From the IMG/VR virus record IMGVR_UViG_3300032323_001800, positions 123,930 to 187,929 of that record: a stretch of DNA of 64,000 bases. The stretch is one strand, 5' to 3'. This DNA is from a virus. This document shows positions 17,517 through 26,834 of the stretch, one piece after another. How positions within the stretch are numbered: the stretch's first letter is position 1; each line of letters begins with the position of its first letter. Below the pieces are notes generated by a model that saw nothing but the letters and a program-made list of their open reading frames with translations, was not told where the DNA came from and did no database searches. Position numbers and translations under genes: made by a program.

Positions 17517-19187
17517 ATGAGAATATTAAGCATATCGCCTTTTCACGATAGCAGTGTAGTTATTGTCAATGATGGAAAAATTGAATATTTCTGTAAAGAA
17601 GAAAGACTCACTAGACATAAAAGAGACCATCTTCCGATTAAATCTTTAACGGAAGCATTTAGAATTGCTAAAGGTCAGATTGACCTAGTGGTAATTTGTT
17701 CTCCTACAGGTGATGACGAGCATAACAGATATTTAGAACATATCATTAAAAAATATACAGACGCTAAAGTTATTAGGTTCTGTGAGCACCATCATTTGGC
17801 ACATGCTAGTCTTGCGTTCTATGACAGCGGATTTGATAAAGCATTGGTAGTTGTTGTTGATCGATCAGGTGCAAAGTTTAATGATAACATACGAGAGGGC
17901 GAAAGTGTTTTCATCGCCGAGTACCCAAATAAATTTACTCCGGTATATAAATCATACTGGGCATGCAATATCGGTGCTGATTATGATTTTGATAATTTTG
18001 AACTTATTTCAGAAATAACAAAAGTATGGCCACAGTGTGAAGCACAGTGTAGTGGCACACTAAACGTTGCCAAAGTTTATGAATCAGCAACAACCTTAAT
18101 TGGACAACACCCTTTAGAAAACGGAAAGACTATGGGTCTCGCTGCCTACGGTATAGACAGACCATTTAAATCATTATTTGATGCCGATAATAATCCTGTA
18201 AGTTCGTTGTTTTCCCATTACAAAGATTTTGACTATGCTTATCCTTGTTTTTTAAAAGAGCATTTAAATAAAAATTTACCCAAAGGTAAAATTGTGCCTC
18301 AAGATGATTATCAATTTTATGCTGATTATGCATATCAGGTTCAAAAACAAACTCAGGAATCTTTATTAAAGCTGATAAAAAGAAAAATAGAAGAAACTGG
18401 AATCGACAAAGTGTGTATTACTGGAGGCTACGGATTAAACGTAGTTGCTAACGAATATTTTGTTAGAAGTTTGCCCGACGTTAAATTTTTCTTCGAACCT
18501 ATATCAGACGATACTGGAAATAGTATTGGATCAGCACTTTATATCTATAGAAACGAAACTCGAGATAAAACTATTAGAAAACTTGATAACTTATTTTTTA
18601 ATCACATACCGCATAGCTATGAGATCGAAGGAATTGAAGCTAGCGAAACTGATTTAGCAACCTTACTGTCGCAAGGTAAAATCGTAGCAGTATATAATAG
18701 TCAAGCTGAAGCGGGTCCCCGCGCTTTGGGAAATAGATCTATCTTATTCGATCCAAGAAATGCACAGTCTAAAAAGATAATTAACAAAGTTAAGAATCGT
18801 GAATGGTACAGGCCGTTTGCTGGCTCGGTTCTTAAAGATGATGTTCAAGAATATTTTGAAACACATGGCTTAACCGAATCTCCATTTATGACTGTGTCAT
18901 TTCAAGTTAAAGAAGATAAGAAAAATATCATACCTGGTGTTGTTCATGTTGATGGATCATGCAGAATACAGACTGTTGATGAATCGATTTCTCATTTTTA
19001 TAATGTATTAACTGAGTTTAAAAAGATTACTGGGGTATCGGTATTATTAAATACCAGTTTTAATTTAGCCGGAGAGGCGTTAGTTGAAACACCGGACGAT
19101 GCAATTAAAACATTTAACAACAGTAGCATCGATGTATTGTGGTTTCCAGAAAAGAAAAAAATTCTAGTGAAGGATAAAGAGAAATGA
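17517..19187 (+). CDS. Carbamoyltransferase (NodU/CmcH/TobZ family)
   Basis: HHLAHA, GKTMGLAAYG, GGYGLNVVAN, EAGPRALGNRSIL, KNREWYRPFAGS, HVDGSCRIQTV, LNTSFNLAGE. Confidence 0.92.
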   Translation: MRILSISPFHDSSVVIVNDGKIEYFCKEERLTRHKRDHLPIKSLTEAFRIAKGQIDLVVICSPTGDDEHNRYLEHIIKKYTDAKVIRFCEHHHLAHASLAFYDSGFDKALVVVVDRSGAKFNDNIREGESVFIAEYPNKFTPVYKSYWACNIGADYDFDNFELISEITKVWPQCEAQCSGTLNVAKVYESATTLIGQHPLENGKTMGLAAYGIDRPFKSLFDADNNPVSSLFSHYKDFDYAYPCFLKEHLNKNLPKGKIVPQDDYQFYADYAYQVQKQTQESLLKLIKRKIEETGIDKVCITGGYGLNVVANEYFVRSLPDVKFFFEPISDDTGNSIGSALYIYRNETRDKTIRKLDNLFFNHIPHSYEIEGIEASETDLATLLSQGKIVAVYNSQAEAGPRALGNRSILFDPRNAQSKKIINKVKNREWYRPFAGSVLKDDVQEYFETHGLTESPFMTVSFQVKEDKKNIIPGVVHVDGSCRIQTVDESISHFYNVLTEFKKITGVSVLLNTSFNLAGEALVETPDDAIKTFNNSSIDVLWFPEKKKILVKDKEK

Positions 19188-19951
19188 ATCTAGAACATTC
19201 TTATTATTGGTTTAAAGAAGCAATATCCCCAGAAGATTGTCAAAAAATTATCGACCTTGGTCTTTCTACTTTAGAAAAAAATAAAAAAGATGGAAAAAAT
19301 ACCGCTGGAATTACCTACGGAGGCATGGAAAAACAATCAAAAGCCGAAGCCGTACCTCTGCAGGATAAAACCTTGCAAGAAATAGCCGAAGAAAAAAATA
19401 TTTCAGCAAAAGAAGTTGAAAAAAGTGTTTATGTAAGAGACAGCGAAGTTGCCTGGTTAGACGATACTTGGCTTTATGATCTGTTAATGCCATACATATA
19501 CAAAGCAAATTATGAAACTGGTTGGAATTTTGAAATTGACAATGCTGAACATTTTCAATTTACAGTCTACCATCCGGGAGGATTTTATGGTTGGCACGTA
19601 GATGGAAAGTCAGACCACTCGGGAAAATTAAAAAGATATTTGCCAGGAATCACACCATTAAACAAAGACGGAAGAGCTCCTTTATCTTATACTGCAAATC
19701 CTAATCATGTAGGAAAAATTAGAAAAATAAGCATGACACTGAATCTAAATAATCCTGGCGAATATGATGGCGGTAATTTAACTTTTGATTTTGGGCCACA
19801 CGCACTAAAACGATATCACGAATGTGAAGAAATAAAACCTCAAGGCTCATTAATTGTTTTTCCATCGTTTGTATATCATCAAGTTACTCCAGTAACTAGG
19901 GGTACTAGATATTCGTTAGTGTTATGGACATTGGGACAACCTTTTAAATAG
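19184..19951 (+). CDS. 2OG-Fe(II) oxygenase (PKHD/prolyl-4-hydroxylase-like)
   Basis: WHVD...YDGGNL...FPSFVYHQVTPVTRGTRYSLV (HxD...H...R). Confidence 0.88.
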   Translation: MNLEHSYYWFKEAISPEDCQKIIDLGLSTLEKNKKDGKNTAGITYGGMEKQSKAEAVPLQDKTLQEIAEEKNISAKEVEKSVYVRDSEVAWLDDTWLYDLLMPYIYKANYETGWNFEIDNAEHFQFTVYHPGGFYGWHVDGKSDHSGKLKRYLPGITPLNKDGRAPLSYTANPNHVGKIRKISMTLNLNNPGEYDGGNLTFDFGPHALKRYHECEEIKPQGSLIVFPSFVYHQVTPVTRGTRYSLVLWTLGQPFK

Positions 19952-19959
19952 GATTTATT

Positions 19960-20748
19960 ATGAATGATTTAATTTCAAATTGGGACGAGTTATCCGAATC
20001 TCAAAAAGAAGCAGTATTGAAACAAATGGAAGAATCTCCAAATTTTGAAAAAATAGAAGAGCCTAATCCGGGAACATTATTTTTTCAAGCAACAGGTTGG
20101 GCAAAGATTGAAAATTTTATTAGTAAAGAAATGGCATCGTTGTTTTATCACCATGTCAAACTATCTGCTGAACGATTAGCGTATATTGAAAATAAATTTC
20201 CTGAAAAACTTAACGAAGATTACTACGGATCGTTCGGTGACGGCCAATCTCCGGATTTTTCTCGATACGGTGATCCGATTTTTGATGCTCTGGTTGATAC
20301 TTCTTTAAGAAAAGTGGAAGAAATAACTAATGTTCCGTTATTTTCTAATTACAGTTATTATAGATTATATACAACAGGATCGATTTTAGAAAGACATATT
20401 GATCGTCCTAGTTGTGAATATTCTGTAACAGTTTGTTTAGGATACGATGTTAGTAATGTTGATCAAAATATATACCCAAGTTACGACTGGCCTATGTTTG
20501 TAAATAATCAAGGAATGGAACTGCCAATTCATTTAAAACCGGGAGATGCTATCATTTATAAAGGTTGTGAAGTTGAGCACTGGCGAGATCCGTTCTGGGG
20601 GTTGAATCATGCACAGTTATTTTTACATTACTCAAAAGTCAATGGTCAATTTAATATTAAAAATGATGGCAGAGCAATTTTAGGACTTCCTGGATCTTTT
20701 AGATCTGAAGAATCTATGAGTATAGGTTTCGAGCCTGCTAAAAAATGA
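19960..20748 (+). CDS. 2OG-Fe(II) oxygenase-like protein (phage family)
   Basis: LERHIDRPSCEYSVT...LKPGDAIIYKGCEVEHWR...QLFLHY (HxD...H). Confidence 0.75.
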   Translation: MNDLISNWDELSESQKEAVLKQMEESPNFEKIEEPNPGTLFFQATGWAKIENFISKEMASLFYHHVKLSAERLAYIENKFPEKLNEDYYGSFGDGQSPDFSRYGDPIFDALVDTSLRKVEEITNVPLFSNYSYYRLYTTGSILERHIDRPSCEYSVTVCLGYDVSNVDQNIYPSYDWPMFVNNQGMELPIHLKPGDAIIYKGCEVEHWRDPFWGLNHAQLFLHYSKVNGQFNIKNDGRAILGLPGSFRSEESMSIGFEPAKK

Positions 20749-21350
20749 TTTTATATTTGTTTCCAATTCCCATTTACTTAGAAAAAAATACAGATATGAT
20801 TTCTGTAGGTTCTAAATTATTTGAAATTTGGCCAGAAGATACTCGCTTCAATGGATTTTTCAGTACTACACTAAAGGGAGAATATTGTCCTTATAAAGCT
20901 CCAGTAACATGGGAACTAACTGAAGTTGCCGAAGCACAACCGTTAATAGAATATATTAAAAAATCAGCAGAACAATATCTGCAGGAAAATAAGAATAGAC
21001 CGCATTCTGTTAAAGTTCAAAATATGTGGCTGAACGAGATGGCCAGCGAAACTCGACACCCCAAACATTCTCATTATGGATATAGCATCAGCGGAACATT
21101 TTATGTAGAAGTTCCAGAAGGATCAAATAAATTAGGATTTTATAATCCTCTAGACGGCGTCGGACATATGATAGGACCAGAATCTCAAGAAAGTTGGACT
21201 GTAAGTAACGCAATGTCTTGGTGGGTTCCGGTCGAAGCCGGTAATATAATTTTATTCCCCTCGCATATCGAGCACGAAGTTCCTCCTATGAAATTCCAAG
21301 GGCTAAGAAGATCTATATCTTTTGACTTGGTTTTATTACCAATAGAATAA
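20745..21350 (+). CDS. Putative 2OG-Fe(II) oxygenase (TIGR02466-like)
   Basis: MWLN...HPKHSH...ISGTFYV...ILFPSHIEHEV...RRSISF. Confidence 0.82.
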   Translation: MILYLFPIPIYLEKNTDMISVGSKLFEIWPEDTRFNGFFSTTLKGEYCPYKAPVTWELTEVAEAQPLIEYIKKSAEQYLQENKNRPHSVKVQNMWLNEMASETRHPKHSHYGYSISGTFYVEVPEGSNKLGFYNPLDGVGHMIGPESQESWTVSNAMSWWVPVEAGNIILFPSHIEHEVPPMKFQGLRRSISFDLVLLPIE

Positions 21351-21363
21351 AATTAGATATCAA

Positions 21364-22044
21364 ATGACTATAGAATTATCTCAATTAATACTGCATAAAA
21401 AAGAATTTTTAACCTCTGACGAATGTCAATTTCTAGTCGAAGAATATGAAAAAAGAAATCAAGAGTTCGTACTAGAAAAATGTCCAGAAGCTAATACAAA
21501 TATTGATACGTTTAGCACATTTAAAAGAATAGATTTAAGACACGGAACAGATGCGTTTAATATTGTTCATTCTGCTACTGAACGTATGATAAATCTTTAT
21601 CACGATTATTTAGATACATTTAAATCATTTCATACACAGTATAGAGAAACATTGATGTATAGTCATATGTACAGATTGCTAAAATATGAAACTGGTGCTA
21701 AAATACATCCGCATACAGATCACGATCCGTTCGTATATGGTAGTTGCACTTTTAATCTAAACAATGACTATACTGGTGGAAATTTTAGTTTTTGGAACGG
21801 AAAACATAAAATAAAATTAGGTAAAGGGGATGCTCTAATTTTTCCAGCGGATCATTTTTGGGTACATGAAGTGGAACCGATCGAGTCAGGAGTTAGATAT
21901 AGTACCAATAGTTTTTTACAGAAAATTCCATCTCCGCTAAAAGATAATATATTTGAATATTTAAAGTATAACAGCAACCCGAACGATCCAAGAAATTTTG
22001 ATGGGACGAGATATAACATAACCGAGAAAAAAACAAATGCCTGA
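21364..22044 (+). CDS. 2OG-Fe(II) oxygenase (prolyl-4-hydroxylase-like)
   Basis: LLKYETGAKIHPHTD...YTGGNFSF...FPADHFWVHEVEPIESGVRYS. Confidence 0.85.
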   Translation: MTIELSQLILHKKEFLTSDECQFLVEEYEKRNQEFVLEKCPEANTNIDTFSTFKRIDLRHGTDAFNIVHSATERMINLYHDYLDTFKSFHTQYRETLMYSHMYRLLKYETGAKIHPHTDHDPFVYGSCTFNLNNDYTGGNFSFWNGKHKIKLGKGDALIFPADHFWVHEVEPIESGVRYSTNSFLQKIPSPLKDNIFEYLKYNSNPNDPRNFDGTRYNITEKKTNA

Positions 22045-22660
22045 ATTTAAAGTTTATAATTTATGGCCAGTACCGATATACGAAAACGTTATTCCTGTTG
22101 AACAACACTGGCTTTCATCTATCGATTTGTTAGATTTCGAAAGGATGAAATCTGGAAACGGTAATATAACCGTTGATAGGAATGTTTTACTTAGACCGGA
22201 ATTTTCTGATTTAAAAACTAAGATTGAAGAGCATTGTAAATTATATACTAAAAATCTATTATCAATAAGTGATCGAACAACTTTCTATATTCAAAATTCT
22301 TGGGTTAATATCCATCACCCAAACGATTGGGCACAATCACATAGACATGCGAATAGTTTAATTTCTGGTTGTTTTTATTTAAAGATTCCTGAAAATTCTG
22401 GGAATATACAATTTATAAAAAATCAGTGCTGGACGACAGTGTTTCCAACAGCAATAACTTTTGATTACGATAACATTAATCACATAAATTCTGAATTTTG
22501 GAATATCGAACCAGCCGAAGGAACGATATTATTGTTTCCTTCCCACATTCTTCATTCGGTTGAAACTAATAACAGCAGTGAAAATCGATACTCCCTAGCT
22601 TTTAATTTATATGCAAGGGGGTCTTTAGGACACGACGAGTGTTATTTGGAACTGAGATGA
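22037..22660 (+). CDS. Putative 2OG-Fe(II) oxygenase (TIGR02466-like)
   Basis: SWVN...HRHANSLISGCFYL...LLFPSHILHSV...RYSLAFN. Confidence 0.85.
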   Translation: MPEFKVYNLWPVPIYENVIPVEQHWLSSIDLLDFERMKSGNGNITVDRNVLLRPEFSDLKTKIEEHCKLYTKNLLSISDRTTFYIQNSWVNIHHPNDWAQSHRHANSLISGCFYLKIPENSGNIQFIKNQCWTTVFPTAITFDYDNINHINSEFWNIEPAEGTILLFPSHILHSVETNNSSENRYSLAFNLYARGSLGHDECYLELR

Positions 22661-22914
22661 TTAGATATTTTCTTTTCTAATTGACTTCTAATCTGCTGCA
22701 ATTGTGCCTTGGCATCATTTTGCTGGGTGTTGTTTAAAACACCTTCTGTGGTTAGCATTATAAGTCCCTGATCTATTTGTTTTACAAGTTTTAAAAATTG
22801 ATCGTATAGACTTTTTAATTCTGATTTAACTGTAGAATCGTTGCACTCTTTAATTACCGCGTTGTATCTTTCGCAATCTTTTTTAAATCGAGGATGATCT
22901 TGGATCGAAATCAT
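22642..22914 (-). CDS. Small helical hypothetical protein
   Basis: 90-aa ORF, ATGA-coupled to the upstream minus-strand gene. Confidence 0.6.
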   Translation of the reverse strand: MISIQDHPRFKKDCERYNAVIKECNDSTVKSELKSLYDQFLKLVKQIDQGLIMLTTEGVLNNTQQNDAKAQLQQIRSQLEKKISNHLSSK

Positions 22915-23312
22915 ACTGCGTTCTCCATGATTAATACTGTCTCAATTTTAGTTTGAGTTATTTTATTTGTTAGTGTAGATTTTAAACCAGTGTGGAGATT
23001 TTTTGGCAGATTAACAAGATTGGACCAACAAATGGTCAAACTACCATTACCAAAAAATTCTTCATCAACTAAGCACATAAATGTAGAATACTCAAATCCC
23101 ATATCTTGACTTTGGTAAAGTTCGACCGGAATTAGTCTAGAGTCCTTGCCTACAAGATTTAAAATCATTTCTTTAGAATCGTCGAATACAGATGTGTCTC
23201 TAACGAATGTAGGCACAGTCCATTTTGAATCTTCTAGAATTAAAAAAATCCTAGAAGTTTTTTTTGAAATGAATAATATACCGGCACGCTTTTGCATACC
23301 AGTACTTATCAT
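22911..23312 (-). CDS. Nudix-fold-like protein, Nudix box degenerate
   Basis: Start probably 23312 (ATGA overlap with the gp15-like stop) or 23297. AGILFIS..T.RIFL, W.VP, LP..LH.GL patterns resemble Nudix scaffolds, but no GX5EX7REUXEEXGU box. Confidence 0.45.
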   Translation of the reverse strand: MISTGMQKRAGILFISKKTSRIFLILEDSKWTVPTFVRDTSVFDDSKEMILNLVGKDSRLIPVELYQSQDMGFEYSTFMCLVDEEFFGNGSLTICWSNLVNLPKNLHTGLKSTLTNKITQTKIETVLIMENAV

Positions 23313-24739
23313 GGATTTATGTTGAAACTCCAATATCCGGCTGTGTATTCGCCCTCGAAACTCTTGAGCCACTGGCTATCTTCCCATTTATATTGTATCA
23401 TGGTTTTTAAGTTCTGCACGTATTGAACATTGGTTGTGCTCGTTGAATCAAACACCACAGACCACGAATCAGTTGAGCTACTCCATTGTATAATATCATT
23501 GGCGTTGGCTGTAAAGATACTGTTATCTTTGTTTTTCCATGCTTCTGGTCCTTCAACAATATCTTCTAAAATCAAATATCGAACTCCGTTTGGAATATCA
23601 TCATGAGTTAGACCAAATGTAGTTATTGGATTGAAAGATGTTGGATTTACAATAGCATCTATAATTCCTAATGTATTCGATGGCAATGTGTCACGATCAA
23701 ATTGTATCTGCAGATAGGTAGTATCTATATCTTTGATAACAAACGTGCCCACTAACTCAGTGCCGTTTGGTTGTAAAAATCTAACCTGGCTTATGCCTTC
23801 TTTAAATCCATCGTATTGATCTAATACAATATTCCAATCTAATCTTTGACCGTGTTTAACAGGAGTGTCTAATTTTAGTTCAGTAACTGCTTCGTTAGGA
23901 TTTAGCACACTAAGATCATACAATCCGTCTGAAAGGTCTCCGGTATTGCTCTTAAGTAGTAATACACCGTATTCACCTGGAGTTACTCTAACAGCATTAG
24001 GATTAGCATCAGGACCATCTACATAATTAAATGCCAACTCCGATAGAGGTTTAAGATTACCGTCATCGGAAAACATATTCATGATAATATTTTGAACCAC
24101 GCCAAGTTTCTTAACTTTAACCGGCGGCGAAATGTAAATTGGCATTTCAAAATCAATAGTACAGATGTCAATTTCAGATTCAAGTCCAGCCGGAATTGTT
24201 CTGCTGGTAAAGTTTGTGGTTTTTAAATCTACTACGCTTAGACTAGTCCAGTCAATGTAGTTGTCTGTAGTCTGCACTTCTAAACTAGGATTAAACAATA
24301 CTAAAATTTGTTCAAGCAACTGCAATTTTTGATCAGTGTTTGATGTCCAAATATCTGCTCGCATGGTTAATAAAAACGGAGTTGGCATTAGGCGTTCTAC
24401 AGTATAGCCAGCCCCTTGATAATTCTGATATTCTGGATTACCGTTCTCGTCAAATTCATAGGCACGCTCTCTAATATTGACTTTACTAACATAACTGGCA
24501 TCGCCTAATCTTGATCGATTTAGTTCCAGGCCGGTAATATAACAGGCAATCTTAGGCACACTGGGCATTTTGTTTTCAGAATTTTCTTTAATAATAGCCG
24601 CAACTTGTCTAGACATATCACCGTAATTTACTGGTACGCTTCGCAATGTGCCGTCACCTGATTGATATTTGAATCCGATAAAGATTCTCATAAACTGAGT
24701 TACGTAGCGTCTTATCTGTCCATCATAAAAGAAATCCAT
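23309..24739 (-). CDS. gp15: Tail completion/sheath stabiliser protein (T4 gp15-like) with C-terminal extension
   Basis: N-terminus FFYDGQIRRYVTQFMRIF...VPVNYG and 'P.P..L....DIWT...QKLQLLEQILVLFNP' match gp15-family patterns; adjacent to neck genes. Confidence 0.7.
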   Translation of the reverse strand: MDFFYDGQIRRYVTQFMRIFIGFKYQSGDGTLRSVPVNYGDMSRQVAAIIKENSENKMPSVPKIACYITGLELNRSRLGDASYVSKVNIRERAYEFDENGNPEYQNYQGAGYTVERLMPTPFLLTMRADIWTSNTDQKLQLLEQILVLFNPSLEVQTTDNYIDWTSLSVVDLKTTNFTSRTIPAGLESEIDICTIDFEMPIYISPPVKVKKLGVVQNIIMNMFSDDGNLKPLSELAFNYVDGPDANPNAVRVTPGEYGVLLLKSNTGDLSDGLYDLSVLNPNEAVTELKLDTPVKHGQRLDWNIVLDQYDGFKEGISQVRFLQPNGTELVGTFVIKDIDTTYLQIQFDRDTLPSNTLGIIDAIVNPTSFNPITTFGLTHDDIPNGVRYLILEDIVEGPEAWKNKDNSIFTANANDIIQWSSSTDSWSVVFDSTSTTNVQYVQNLKTMIQYKWEDSQWLKSFEGEYTAGYWSFNINP

Positions 24740-25983
24740 TATTCGTCTGCCTTAGGTCTAAGAGCCTTTGTTAAGCTCTGTTTTTCTTTAACTTCTTTAC
24801 CGTTAATTGTAGTAACAGCATCATTATTGATGAAGGTAGATTTCTGATTTAATCTTATGTCCTTACCTTCAAATGGTTGTCCAGGACCAGTATCGCTGGC
24901 ACCAAGATTACTCATAGTCATCCTAACACCATCTTCATATTTGACCCAGCGTCTTCCATTGTATCTAAACAATCGTTTAGGAAAATAATCTGTTCTTAAA
25001 CAAAATTGTCCGTCAATTGGCGAAAGTGGAAACGCTATGCCACTGGTAAATGGAGCGCCGTTTGGCGGAACAATATCTTCGTGATAATTGTCGTATCCGT
25101 CTTTGGTAGGATTGGCCATGATTGAAGTAGTATCAACTACTTGAATAACAACCCCCCCAGCACCTTCAACAGTAGCAATGCTAGCATCTAGCTCACCACT
25201 ATTAACAGTTACTAGTTTTGGTTTGCCTTGGTCATCTAACGGTACTGTATAAAATTTTGTTGTGTCGTAACCACTGCGAGGAGCATCTGCTTCTGCTTGA
25301 TCAAGAACTGCTTGAGTAATTTGCATTTCTTTTTCGTAGGTACTCATAATATCACGCAGTGTGGTATTTGTTTCGTTACCATCGCAATCAACTGCTGCCT
25401 TGTCAAGGATCTGTTTAAATTCTTGACTATCGACTAGTGGTTTGCATTTAGCACGATACAAGTGTGGATACCAAGTTACAGAAAACCCTTCTGCTGCACG
25501 ATTAACTTCTTCAACAACGTAGAAACGTTTTAGAGCAAACTGTAGATCGTTAAGAGCATATTCGTCTTTTAGGTGAGGCAACTCAATAACATCACCTGCA
25601 ATAATTTTACGGCCAAGTTTTTCCACAGTATCATTGATATGAAACGTCATAAACACTGTGTCATTTTGTAAGAATAGGCCAAACTGACTTAGGTTAAAGT
25701 CAATGTCTTGAATATTATAAACACCTCTTAACAAATATACATCTGGATCGTATTTTCTATCTCTATTTTCTAAAAACAATAAATCTTGAATTTGAAAAGG
25801 ATCGTCTTCTGTATATTGCGGAGTAGTTGGGCTAATGTTTGCTGGATTAGCATTACTCACTGGCCCTAAATACTTGTGAATAAGCACATCGACACCGCCA
25901 ACTTGGAACATCTCCCAAACGGTTTTATCGATGAATCTAAAATCATTGCCCTTTTCGGGACGGTATAAACTGAGTCTTGGCAT
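24739..25983 (-). CDS. gp14: Neck/head-tail connector protein (T4 gp14-like)
   Basis: Likely start MPRLSL at 25983. DFNLSQFGLFL.ND..F.TFH and GDVIELP...F.V..V match the gp14 family; divergent from the gp13-like gene. Confidence 0.65.
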   Translation of the reverse strand: MPRLSLYRPEKGNDFRFIDKTVWEMFQVGGVDVLIHKYLGPVSNANPANISPTTPQYTEDDPFQIQDLLFLENRDRKYDPDVYLLRGVYNIQDIDFNLSQFGLFLQNDTVFMTFHINDTVEKLGRKIIAGDVIELPHLKDEYALNDLQFALKRFYVVEEVNRAAEGFSVTWYPHLYRAKCKPLVDSQEFKQILDKAAVDCDGNETNTTLRDIMSTYEKEMQITQAVLDQAEADAPRSGYDTTKFYTVPLDDQGKPKLVTVNSGELDASIATVEGAGGVVIQVVDTTSIMANPTKDGYDNYHEDIVPPNGAPFTSGIAFPLSPIDGQFCLRTDYFPKRLFRYNGRRWVKYEDGVRMTMSNLGASDTGPGQPFEGKDIRLNQKSTFINNDAVTTINGKEVKEKQSLTKALRPKADE

Positions 25984-25990
25984 AGTCATA

Positions 25991-26002
25991 TATTTATAAA
26001 TA
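25991..26002. promoter_or_regulatory. Palindromic bidirectional late promoter TATTTATAAATA
   Basis: Perfect 12-bp palindrome giving TATAAATA (T4 late consensus) on both strands between divergent neck genes. Confidence 0.7.
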
Positions 26003-26007
26003 CTAGT

Positions 26008-26769
26008 ATGAGCCAACTTGACCAAGAAAAACAAAAGGTTTTTGACTACTGTAAAGCTATGCTAGGCGATGGCATGATTGACGTAGAATTAGACCCTGTA
26101 CATTACGAAACAGCACTTACCCGATCTTTGGGTGTATTCCGCCAACGCGGTGAAAATTCTGTAGAAGAAAGTTTTGCTTTTCTAACTTTAGAAATAGATA
26201 AAAACGAGTATATTCTACCAGATGAAATACAACACGTTAGAGAAATATATCGACGAAGTATTGGATCAAGAAGTGGCGGCGGCAATGGCGGAACTGTTTT
26301 TGAGCCATTTAACCTAGCCTATACAAACACCTATTTGTTAAGCTCAACTAATATGGGTGGCCTGGCAACCTACGAACTATTTGCAGGTTATCAAGAAAGA
26401 GTAGGTAAAATGTTTGGTAGTTTTATTAATTTTACCTACAATCCAGAAAGTAGAAAACTAATAATCATGCAGCGTCCTAGAACGCAAGAAGAAGTAATGT
26501 TATGGGTGTATAACAAAAAGCCCGACGTTCTAATATTAACAAATCCATATTCAGGCCAATGGATCAAAGACTACACTTTAGCTAACTGTAAAATCATGTT
26601 AGGACAAGCTCGTGAAAAGTTTGCCCAAATTGCTGGCCCACAGGGCGGCAGTGCTTTAAATGGTGCTGCTATGAAAACCGAAGGCCAAGCAGATATTGAT
26701 CGTTTAACACTTGAACTTACTACACAAGTTACGGGCGGCGGTATTGGCTACAGTTTTGTCATCGGCTAA
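26008..26769 (+). CDS. gp13: Neck protein (T4 gp13-like)
   Basis: DYCKAMLGDGMIDVELD...Y.LP.EI..VREI...WIKDYTLA.CK.MLGQAREKF..I.GP.GG..LNG match gp13-family patterns. Confidence 0.75.
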   Translation: MSQLDQEKQKVFDYCKAMLGDGMIDVELDPVHYETALTRSLGVFRQRGENSVEESFAFLTLEIDKNEYILPDEIQHVREIYRRSIGSRSGGGNGGTVFEPFNLAYTNTYLLSSTNMGGLATYELFAGYQERVGKMFGSFINFTYNPESRKLIIMQRPRTQEEVMLWVYNKKPDVLILTNPYSGQWIKDYTLANCKIMLGQAREKFAQIAGPQGGSALNGAAMKTEGQADIDRLTLELTTQVTGGGIGYSFVIG

Positions 26770-26786
26770 TTAAACTCCATTAACAT

Positions 26787-26815
26787 TTGACACAATGAAT
26801 CTGTGAATGTATAAT
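26787..26815 (+). promoter_or_regulatory. Consensus sigma70-type (early) promoter
   Basis: TTGACA-17 nt-TATAAT, followed by GGAGG SD and ATG 26835. Confidence 0.8.
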
Positions 26816-26834
26816 ATTCTTATTGGAGGATATT

